Shown: piece after piece, positions 40,701-52,700 of the stretch | Layout of the letters: each line of letters opens with the position of its first letter | How positions within the stretch are numbered: the stretch's first letter is position 1 | NCBI GenBank assembly: GCA_024679065.1 | Contig: JAGIQG010000013.1 | Span: 36,270,001-36,334,000 of the forward strand | From: Sphyrna mokarran | Taxonomy: Eukaryota | DNA length: 64,000 nucleotides | Direction of reading: 5' to 3' | Translations under genes and position numbers: made by a program | Notes under the pieces: generated by a model | What the model saw: only the letters and a program-made list of their open reading frames with translations | Databases searched by the model: none | Told to the model about the DNA's origin: nothing

Positions 40701-43700
40701 AATGCTCCATACAAGCCTCCTCTGATCTTTTCTCATCTAACTGTCAGCACAGTCCTCTATCAATTTCTCCTCCATATGCTTATCTAGCCTTCCCTCAAAT
40801 GCATTTATTTATTGCCCCAACCAGCCCATGAAACTCCACATACAATTATAAAGCATAAAATCGTGTACAAAAATAATTTGACACATACCACACATACATC
40901 ATTATCAACGTTCTCCACAAGAGAACGCGATCTCGGAAAAGATCAAGGATACTAGCAGAGTTCTCAGCATCTTGGACTTCGGGTGGCTTCAGAATCACTG
41001 GTCCCTTTGGATGTCGCTGCCATTTAACAAAGTTCTCAAGGACATCCTTTGCTTCATCCAACCGCCCTTGAGCATACAGCCAATGTGGAGATTCTGGAAT
41101 GCACCTACAAATGGGCAGTCAAAATACATTTTTTAAAATTGAAAATGAGTAACAGCTGAAATACATATACACAGATCTCTAATGGTGCAGCCATTTTACC
41201 CCCAGGTAGGTAACTAAAAATTAAGCAAAGTACACATGTTGCATCAGATCCTCAATTAAAACAAATCCTTCTACTAATGAAGTCTTCCAGTAAAAACAAT
41301 GAGTATACATGTAAATAAAATTTCTCTGAAATATGGTGCCCAATTATTCCTTGGTAACCAGAAAAATTAAATACTTTTTGGATGCATATATTACAACACA
41401 AAGAACTGAAATGTACAATAATCTCTAATCTCTCCCTCAAGCTCAGTAAAACAAAGATCTAGTCACTGACTTCAGGAAACAGTGAGAGATGCTCTCCTGT
41501 CGTCATCAATGGTGATGAAGGGGAAATGATTGAGAGCTTCAAGTTTCTAGGTATTCAGATCATCAACCACCTGTCCTGGTTCCTCCACACTGATGCTACA
41601 GTTCAGAAAACCACCAACACCTCTACTTTCTCAGCAAGTTAAAGAAATTCAATATGTCCACTGATGCGCCATAGAAACTATCTTTTCTGGATGTATCACA
41701 ACTTAGTATGATTCCTGCTCTGACCAAAACACAAGAAATTACAAACGGTTGTGAAAGTAGCACAGTCCAAATCAGCCTCTATCCATTGACACTGTCTATA
41801 CTTCCTATTGCTTCAGAAAAGCAGCCAACATAATCAAGAATCCCACGCATCCAAATATACTCTTCTATTTTCTTTCTTCACGATAAATATATAGAAGGCT
41901 GAGCACATGTACTAACTGACTCAAGAACAGCTTTTTCCTTGCAGCCATCAGACTTTTGAACGGACCTACGATCTACTAAACTGATCTTTTACTACACCCT
42001 ATCTGTAACTGCAACACTATATTCTGCATCCTCTCCATTCCTTCCCTCCTTTAGACTGGTTTGTGTAGCATGCAAGAAACAATATTTTCATCTGAATCCA
42101 ATACATATGACAATAACAAATCAAATGTAATTTACAAACAATCTTGCTTACAGAACTTTGCCAATTTTGTCAGGAAGAACACCAAATGTTTTGGCTATAA
42201 TCAAAGGATAGGTTTCCATTAAATGTGTGATTAATACAGAATTAAACATTTTTTCAGCATGATTCAACTGTGTCACAGTTTTGAGTTCTTAAACTTAGTT
42301 TTATTTAAAAAAAAATGCTCTTTGCCATTGCTTTCCTGTTAAACAAAGTTCTCCACGGTAGAATCAAACTATTCTTTCTCTTGCCTAATATGTAACAATT
42401 CTGTGATTCTGTAATATCTAATAATATAGTAGATCTAAACTTTGAAAAGAAGCCCTTCTGAATCAATTTTCTCTCAGCTCTTTTTTATTAATCTTATATC
42501 TTAAAAAAATTGAATCCCTCGAAGAAAAAATGCATAATATTCATACTTAGCATGGGGAAAAGTTTAGGGCAGATGTACAAGGCAAGTTTTTTTTTTTACA
42601 CAGAGGTGGCGAATGTCTGGAACGCACTGCCTCGGGAGGTGGTGGGAGCAGACACGATTGCAGCATTTAAGGAGCAACTCAACAAATACATGAATAGGAT
42701 GGGAATGAAGAATATGGACTCCGTAAGTGCATATATAGTTTTAGTTTAGGCAAGCATCTTGATTGGCGCAGACTTGGAGGGCCGAAGGGCCTGTTCCTGT
42801 GCTGCATTTTTCTTTAGTTTGGAAGACAGCAAATATTTGGTAGATTTTGATATTTATTTCTCCCACACCACATAGTGATTGATGATGTTATAACGAGAAT
42901 TCTCCTAAAAATACCTTATACTTCAATAATCTGGTAATTGAAAGTTTTAGTTTCTGGGATGTTACAGCTCAGAGTAGAGGATATTCATCACAAAATGAGC
43001 CAGAACACTTGTTCTAATAACTACCTGGTCATATGGAATTAAAAATGTACATTAAGGATGCACAGTGACTGGAAATTACAGAATTATTGATCTTAGCACA
43101 ACCCATGGTATTTCAATTACATGATTAAGGAGTCTACTCAAGTTGACAAGCTTTATGATCCTGGACCAAACTCCAAACATTTCATACAATTCAGTTGGGG
43201 ACTAATTGCTTTTTGTACAAAGCAGGCAAAGTTTGATATTCAAGACACTTGTTAAGAGAATAAAGTTGCAAGATTTCAAAAATAAGGTTCGCTATACAAG
43301 ATCAATAAGGTTAAACAATTTACAACATCTATCTTGTACACCAATATTTGGGGTTAATATGAGGTACAGGTTAATTAATAGGCAAACTGGTTGAAGACCA
43401 CACACACATGCACAGATCTCTGAACAACCTAGCCAGATGTCCCGTCAGTACTGAGTTAACTAACTGGACTCAGTCATGGGGGCGCGGTTACAGTCTTCCC
43501 CTTCAAAAATCTCAAATTCTAGTCAAATGTTACTCCAACTCAGAAGACATCAACAACAGCCCATTTCACAGGGTTTCAATCCAGTCTCGAGGTTCCATTC
43601 CCTTGGATTCGAGAATCAGCACCCTAACACCAATTCTAACACAACTTTTAACTTTAGCTACATGGAGCAGAACACTACAGTTCCAAAGCATTACCTTTGC

Positions 43701-46700
43701 TTCCACAGCCCATAGCACAGAATCACCAATCTTTTACTGCCTTCTTCAATTGCCAAGGCTTCACCTGAGCCTTCACCACAGAAATCTGCCAGTGCACCCC
43801 TTTTTCTGTTTACAGTCGCTTTCTCTGCTCTTCTTTCTTCTTAAGATAGACTTCTCCATGTTTTCTGTCTGAGGCCTCTTTCTGTCCCCTGCCTGGGGCT
43901 CTTCCCGGAATAGGGTGTCTGTCCCTGGTCATATGATTGAAGTTTTCAATTTCTTTAAAAAACACTTTGTGCAGGCACCCAGAGAACTCCAAAATGTTGT
44001 TTTGCGCATACACAGCCTCCTACTGGTCCATTATTGCTCAAAAACTTCTGAGGCATACTGGGAATTGTCCCAGTGTCCCAACACCACAGTAAATCCATGT
44101 ATCACAGCATGTAAAAGGACTCTATTTTCTTCATAGCAAAAATCATGTTTAGGTTGACGCTTGGTCTATAGGCTGACTCCTTTTCTCTGCTGAGAAATGC
44201 TATCCTTGCATTTGGAGTTGGCTTTAAATTTTCACATCAAAAAAGTGCGTTTTACTTATGAGTCAGTGCATAGAAATAAGCAGGCGAAACAGGCCATGTT
44301 GCCAAGATGATGTACAGAAGTTTAAGACACACCCACACATCGCTTGGTAAATGGCGAACAACCAGATCTTCAGCACAAAAAAATTAGCAGGACAAAGCTG
44401 GGTTCAAGCCAAAAGTCAAAACATGTACTATCTCATCAGGTAACTGTCATATAACAAAGGAATTTGGTTTAGAAATAAAGTAGTTTTACAATAGATGGTG
44501 GAATCCACTCCAAGGAAGATCAAGGAAGCAATTCTCCCAAAACATTTGTCAAATTCATGTAGAGTAGGTCATGCTGGCTCTCTTAAAAAGAATGCCTCTC
44601 ACACATTAAAATTCAGGAGGTAGAGTATATTCTCACCAGGAAGCCAACAGTACAGCATTGAGCAGGCAACTGTGCATGCGCCAATCTGTCAGTGCCAAGA
44701 TCGGTAGGTGCACAGTGGTCCTGTCTTGCCGGCCTCCCAATCACTGAAAGCTCCATGATTCCGCAATGCCTGCCACGCGATCTTCCCAAGGCCCCATTGC
44801 TGACTCTCTGGACATCCCGAGTCAGCTTTGACATCCCCCCCCCCCCCCCCCCAACCCCAGCAGCTCCGATCTCCCATCCACACTGTTCCCCCCTCATCTG
44901 GGCAGCCAGCCCTGATCGCTGGCCATCGTCCCTCCCTTCCCCATCAATCCCGACTGCAGAAGGGCAGATGGTGATGCCAAGATACCCCCTGGACATTGTC
45001 ACTTTGCCCCTTGGAACCTAGCTAGCACTACAAATGTGGCAATGTTTTCAATGCCCAACCCTCTGTGGGGTCTCAATTGCCCCCCCTTCACTCTGAGGTT
45101 GGGCCACATGCTCCCTGCAAGTGGGGAACTATAGTAATCCTTGCTGGAGTGAAATACTCCTGGCCAGAGAAGATTTCAGTCCGGGGCCTGCTCATAGCAT
45201 TCAAACCATATTTAAATTAAGCACTGCATATATAGTGCAGCTCTGTGCCAATTTCCAGTGTGGAGCTGATGGTGCCAGAAAACGTGCTCGAGCCCGGTGC
45301 CCACACAGCTCCTGCTAGAGTCTCAGGGCCCGCTGCAGTATTAAAGCAGCACAGCGGGATGGGAGAATTGCACCCCACCCTCACCCACCCCACAAATGTG
45401 CCAAAATGATCAGTTTCCAAAAAATTATCAGATAGAAGTGGACAAAACATTAGTTCATATTCTGCCACATCTGCAAATTGGATGAAATCTCCATGAATTT
45501 TAATATGCCCAGCAGTCTAACTGTAGCATGGAATTATTACCTGGTGGAAACCATAGGGCCTGCGATGACACAATTCATGGTGGTACTAGCCTAAACGGCT
45601 GATGCATGAAATTAAAGCCCGGGATAATTTTCAAATGTAAAGCCTTGGCAAAAATCAAGATGCTTGCAGGAACTGAAGTGCATGCTCAGTATAACAGTTG
45701 GATGTAGTGAAGTTGTGATCAACAGCCATCCCAATGGTTGCCAGGAAGAATGCAGTTTGTTAGTGTGGGACAAGTTCAGATTCCATATAACCAAAGAGAT
45801 CAAGAGGCGCATTCAAAGAATATCAACCTCGCAACTTTACAAGGGGGTCTAAGGTCCACAGTTCAACTTTGGATGTGTGCCTCAACAAGGGTCATATTAA
45901 GTTAAATAGGTGTATTAAATCTCTTGGAACCCTAGATAACAAAGACATCAATGTCAGTTTCCTATTTATAGGCTACAGCTCAGCTTTCAACATCATTATT
46001 CACACAAAACTCATGGCTTAGGCCTCAATTTCTTCCTTTGTGGCTGGATCCTGAACTTCCTAACCCACAGACCACAACCAGTAAGGATAGGGAAGAGCAC
46101 CTCCTCCACAGTGATCCACAACATTGGTGCCCCACAAGGCTGCGTCCTCAGCCCCTCACTATACTACTTACACATTTATGACTGTGTGGTCAAATTCCCC
46201 TCCAACTCAATTTTCAAGTAGTGGTGATCTCAAACAATGACAAGACAGAGTACAGGAATGAGATAGAGAAACTGGTGAACTGATGCGATGACAATAATCT
46301 CTCAAAAGAACAGAGACTGTCATTGACTTCAGGGAGCTTAGTGGAGAATCTGCTCCTGTCTACATTAACAGGGACTAAGTAGAAATGGTCAAGAGTTTTA
46401 AGTTTTTAGGTGTCCAGATCATCTGTCTTTGTCCCCACCAGTTGACATTATAGTTAAGAAAGCCTACCAATGCCTCTACTTTCTTAGAAGACTAAGGAAA
46501 TTTGGTATGTCAGCTACAAATCTCACCAACTTCTACAGATGCACCATAGAAAGCATCCTTTCTTGTTTTATCACAGCTTGTGATAAATAGTTCCTGCTCT
46601 GCCCAGGACCACAAGAAATTACAACATGGTCGAGAATGTTGCCCAATCCATCACACAAACCAGCCTCCCAACCATCAATTATGTCTACATTTCCCACTGA

Positions 46701-49700
46701 TTCGGAAAAGCAGCCAGCATAACGGCCGCACATGCCCCTGACGTGCTCTTTTCCACCTTCTTCCATTGGGGAAAAGATGCAAAAAGTCTGAGGGCACATA
46801 CCAACAGAATCAAGAACAGATTCTTCCTTGCTGCCATCAGATTTTTGAATGAATCTACCTCACACTAAGTTGACCTTTCTCTGTACCCTAGCTAGGACTG
46901 TAACACTACATTCTGCACTCTATTCTCTCCATTTCTATGAGCAGTATGCTTTGTCTGTATAGCATGCACAAAACGATACTTTTCATTATATACTAACACA
47001 TGTGACAATAATAAACCAAGTCAAATTTATTGAGAAAATCCATCACAAAAAGTGCAAATATGTGTGCTGCCCACTTGATGTTTTGTACAGTCCTGTCATC
47101 AAAGCATGGGATACTATTAATGTACAAACTGTCATCAGATCATTCAAAAAACTGTGAGATATCTAATTGAATGTATCAGAGGAAGATGACTTACTGTGGA
47201 GGAATGATTCTGAAACTGAAAGTGCCAAATCTGCTACAATAATGCTAAAGCCAAACAAACTTGGAATTAATTTAGTTGTTTGCAGAAAGTTTGAGTTTTA
47301 AAAATATCCTCATTGTAGTAAATTATAATAAATTGTAAGCTTGTAGAGTTAAGTCATTCAATAAAATGTCATATTCAAATTAAATCAATTATCAGCCATT
47401 TTTTCACATTTTAAATGGGGGCCACAATACCAACTGTCAGAAATTTCTTGGGAGCATTCTACTCAAAAAGTTAACTGTTGTCCCCAGCAGGAAAACTGAT
47501 GAGATGCTCTCTGGGAGGGGTTAGTGAGATTTATTTCACAATTCAACCACACTTAAAACTTCTTTTGAAGCTTGGGGAGATTCACATTGCATCTTTCCAC
47601 ACTTAGAAGGTAGGGTATTTGAGATGCCAGCTAGAAGGCCTTTTTAAAGTCAAGACTCAAAGCCAGGACATCCCTCAGACAACCCTACAGATCTCCTCCC
47701 CCTTACTCAGCATCTAAGACTAAGCACCCTCCACACCCCCAGCCGCTTCAAGTGAGCAAGCCCTATGGGGTCACCAAAGCACTGCCCTCCCACCCTCTTC
47801 AGGCTATCCCATCCCCCAAGCCTTCAGATCCCCTGTTGGCAATGTCAAAATGGCCCCTGGTAGTGCAAACCTGTTTGTGAAAACATGTGGTGATTGACAC
47901 CAGGTTCCTGCTGCCCCAAGGATTGGAGAATCCCAGGAGGAGCAAGAATCCAAGCTTAAAGCTGATAACAGCATACTTAATGATAACTGGAATAAATTAA
48001 TCTGGTTCCTAGACAGGATAGATGCTGGAAAGATATTCCCAATGCAAGGGGACTGCAGAACCAAGGGTGACAGTCTGAGGATTCAGGTTGGACCATTCAG
48101 GACGGAGGTGAGGAGACATTTCTTCACCCAAAGAACAATGAGCCTGTGGAATACATTAGCATTAGAAGTAATTGATACCAAAACATTGAATGTACTCAAC
48201 AGGGGCTGGATATAACACTTGGGGCAAATGGAATCAAAGGTTATGGAGAAAAATCAGGATTAAGCTATTGAGTTGATCAGCCATGATCTTAATGAATGGC
48301 AGAGCAGGCTTGAAAGGTCAAATGGTCTCCTCCTGCTCCTATCTATGTTTCCCACCCTCGCTGGACCTGAACTGCATCCCACAGGCAGGGAGAATTCCAA
48401 AGGGGGTTCTACAAATACACTATGAGCCCTACTCTGCGATTCTTTGCTCCCAGTGTGATCTGCACGTGAGTGCATCAGGCCAGAGAATCACCCTTCTATA
48501 ATAAGTATGTTAGTTGACACCTATTTTAAAGGAGAATTTTTCAAGGCACCAAAGGTCAATTTATCTGCCACAATCTATTGTATTGGAATTTTAGCCATGT
48601 AGTTCCATTGTAAATTTATATATAAATGTCAGCCATTAAATTAGGTTGCAACATTTAAACAGGAGCACGCCATTCAGTCCCTCATCTACATTACAGTATG
48701 CTGGATAATGGTAATGAATATATAATGAAACTAAATGGATACAAGTCTGAAAAGATAGAGTGGATGAAGAACAGATAAACAGTTGTATGATGAAGGATTA
48801 ATAATTGGTCTTCCTTCACTTAGAAAGCATAGACCACAGAAGCATCAGGTTTCCCAAACATTTTCCATGGTGTGATCCCAATTTAATCCCCAGACATTGC
48901 GTGCCCCAAGTATGAAAATTTGGGGGAAGAATAGTTCAGTTTAGAAACTTCGAAGTGTTTTATGAGCCCACCTGACTCAAAATTTTCATTTTGAATTTGG
49001 CTAAGATAAGCATGAGATGTTTCACTTCAGGTATGATTCATTGACCCACTGGGAAGCTTTTACCAAACAAAATTTAATGAATATAGTTAATATGTACAAT
49101 ATGAAAATTAGAAAGTAATTTTATCAATTACAAACAAGAAATAATGATAGATCCTTAACCAAGATATCTACAATGTTCCAATCAAACCAATCCTATTGAT
49201 AAAAGGCTCTTAACAGGTTCAATACAGCAAAGTCTACTGCTCATGTGATACTGGAAACCGAGTCATTTGGTTGGAGAATTGAAAACTCAGTCTTAATTCA
49301 TTTACAATAGTTTGAAGACAAGACAGATTGCCAAAATACCAGACAGACTCTGATCCAGCCCCCTAACAGCAGCAGATTTTCACCCTTCAGAAAAGCTATA
49401 GAATTTCAAAAAATACAGGGAATGATAGAGAACACTTAGTTTAGCTTGCAGCTCCAAACTGAAACTGAAAATGAATCCCTGTCATCTGACCTGTCCATAG
49501 TATTTTTCTTCTCCCAACAATGGCATCACCTAAGGTTAGAATCATAGAATGGAATCACAGAAACATACACTACAGAAAGAGGCCATTCGGCCCATCAACT
49601 CTGCACTGGCCACAATCCCACCCAGACCCTATCCCCTTAACCCCACGCACTTACCCTAGCTAGTCTTCCCGACACTAAGGGACAATTCAGCATGGCCAAT

Positions 49701-52700
49701 CCATCTAACCTGCACATCTTTGGATTGTGGGAGGAAATGGAGCACCCAAAGGAAACTCATGCAGACAGGGGGAGAACATACAAATTCTACACAGACAGTA
49801 ACCAAGTTGGAAATTAAACCCAGGTGCCTGGTGCTGTGAGGCAGTAGCATTAACCACTATGCTGCTTCATATTAGCGTGAATTAAAAACTCTCAAGTGGT
49901 AAACCATCACAGGGATTACAAGAATTGCTGAGTGGAGTGGGAAGTGCTTAAACTGAAGGTTTCTTTTAAAAAAAAACCCTTTCACAGCTTTTATTTGCCT
50001 CAAGAATTAGGCCTCAAATATCTGTCCTTTAGGCTACACTGACTCATGAGGAAAAAGATGGAGGATTTAACGGTCATTGCAGTTGTTAACTACACGGCAC
50101 CATTGCTGCATGATCCCAAAGTCCTGTCTCATAATATGCCAATTACAGGGGGAATGGGACAACAGTATGAGGAAGCCTGGTTTAAGATAATAACAGGGTT
50201 CACATATATTACTTCCAAGATTCTATGATTTGTAGAGAACTTGATAGGGATTATATTTTAAAAATTGAAAACAAAATTCGAAATACTTTTCATAAATTAA
50301 ATGAATGGCACTTGTTGAAAAACTTTCTAGCATAGAGTGACTAATAATTATAGAAATACTTCTTCAATCAACAATGGAAGAAAAGAAGTTAACTGATGAG
50401 TTGGCGAATAGGTTTTACATTCCTTACCCAACACATAATGCCCATGCCAAGAGGATAGCCTTCACAATAGATATTTGCAGACAAAAAATAGACAACATAT
50501 ATGAGAACTAACATGTAGCAAGGCTTGGGTATCAGAGACAGGTTATCTACACCTCCAAATCTGTGGGAGTGCAACCACATGATGAAACTAGAGCCAAGTT
50601 TTTAAATTGAATTTTAATAAGTGGTATGTAGATATGGCATAATTACTACAAAATTGGGTCAACAGCAAATGCCGTAGGCAAGATTCATTCCATAAAATTT
50701 CATGGGAGATTAACTACATTATTTGCAAGTGGTGAATAAGAGGAGAAAAAAAAAACAAAGAGAAACTGTTCCAAAATAATTTAAAACTGATGTCAAATAT
50801 GACCAATACACACAAAAGGACATCCGTTAAGCTTTCAGCTGGAACCAAACGTACTCGTTGAATTTCAATAAATGGAACTATTTTGTTTCAGATCATTTAC
50901 AAAATAATCTTTCAAAGAAATAAAACTATTTTGGACTGAGAAATTTCTCAAAAGTATTGGCATGGTACTTTCTGCACAAAGAGAATATATTTACTTAATT
51001 ATGCATACTTGGCCTAGCACTTCAAAATAGCATGATTTTTAAAACTTTACTTTCAATAAATTTATTTGCAATGCAGCAAGATTTAAAATTGAGCAAAAAA
51101 TTTCCTCAATTAATATGCAGAAAAACAAAAAAAAAAAGACTCCAATGTTTTAAATGTTCTACCAACTTTGTGCTAGTCAAGAACTTATTGGTCAGTATAT
51201 TATTGTGTTCTTGGGTTGGAGTAGTTTCAGTATCCCTTGAAGACTGTCAGCTATGAACACACAGGAAGTGGGGGTGGGAGGGGGAGGGGAGAAAAGGAAT
51301 TTTCCACTTCCATTTTCAATGGATGGAAAAGTCAGTGAGGGCAGAGAATCCAACAGGAGTCCCCAAGCAGATTTTATGCTGTCTGGATTTCCCAGTGACA
51401 TTGTCCCTGCCTGCAAGACCCCCTCCCCCCCTCAAATGACATAATGGGGTTCCTTCCATGAAAGATCTACGTTTGGAGAAGGGGTGTCTTCTGTTCTGGG
51501 GGTTTAGATTGGAGCAATGTGCCCATCTCTGTGGGGGTGGGATCATTTTGTAAATATTTTTCCCGATTGGTCTGTCGAAGGTTGCCGGCAAGGCAGGCTC
51601 TGCATTTTGGGGCCTGCCCATTTAATTTTCCCCCTCCCCAAAGTGCATGAAAATTTGGCAGAAAACACCAGCAAGGTAGTGGCCGGCTGCCCTCTATTTT
51701 TCCTTACACTAGACACTGAAAAAAAATCATAAAATTCCACCCTCTAACTTTATTGTAACATATTTATTATAAGAATGCTCCCTTGCACAAGTCTCTTACC
51801 CTGCTGCTTTCTTCTATACTCACAGATTATGAATGTGCCAGACTATTACAGTTAACCCTTAATGGACTTAGTCCGACATACTCCATCATACTACGTCTCC
51901 CCTAAAGTTTCTGTTCAGACTTCAACATTCTCTGACGTTCTTGGAAACCCAATGCTTCAGCCCCCTAGTCATTCCATATCTTTCAATATTTTGAAATCAC
52001 CTAGGAATTGTTGCCTCTTTTAGTTCTCTTTAGAAATGTTTTTCTTTCTCTCCACGTTCCCTTCTGATTTGTTAAGTGTTGTGGTGCTTCATTAGTGTAT
52101 TGCTCTGGACACTAAACAGAATTCAAACTGGTTGATGGTTTGGGATTAAGCTCTCCCAATCCTGCAAATGACTTTGGAAATTTCACTTTGAAGTCCCTCG
52201 ATTGAGTAGAAAGGCAGAATAGACAAAAAACGATGAAGTCAAATAATTCTGACCTTGAACTCTGTACAATATTTCAGGAATCACTTTCTCTGTGCATTAA
52301 AGTTGCTGTTAATTCTTCCAGAACCTTCAGCTCAAGTCCTTCTCATTCATACAGCTTTTATAGGATGAAGAACATTTGTTTAATTGCTGAAAGAACTGAC
52401 TACTTCAGAATATAGTTTAAATGAGTCCTGTGATCTTCCACCAGGATCTCTGCACTCAATAGTTTCCACTGGCTTATTTAATCGCTTTAAAGAAGGGTGC
52501 CTTAAAGAAATCAACTTTCATGGAGTTTGTTTCTTTTAAAAAGATTTTTAATGATTTAAAGCTCTTTCCTACTGTGACATACTGCCTGGAAATGCCCCAT
52601 CTTTTTGTACCAACGGCATTGTGAATCTTCGTGAGATGATTCATGTGCCTGTGCCTCTCTTCTGCATCAACAATAGCCTTTCTGGGCTGGCATCATTAAT

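Larger units (their letters stand above)
44140..48581 (+). pseudogene. Fragmented pogo/Tc2-type (Tc1/mariner superfamily) DDD transposase and 3' end
   Basis: 45440-45890: [49 protein letters not shown]. 47070-47210: IKAWDTI...RSFKNCEISN...EDDLLW. 3' end ggtcaatttatctgccacaatctattgta. Confidence 0.7.
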
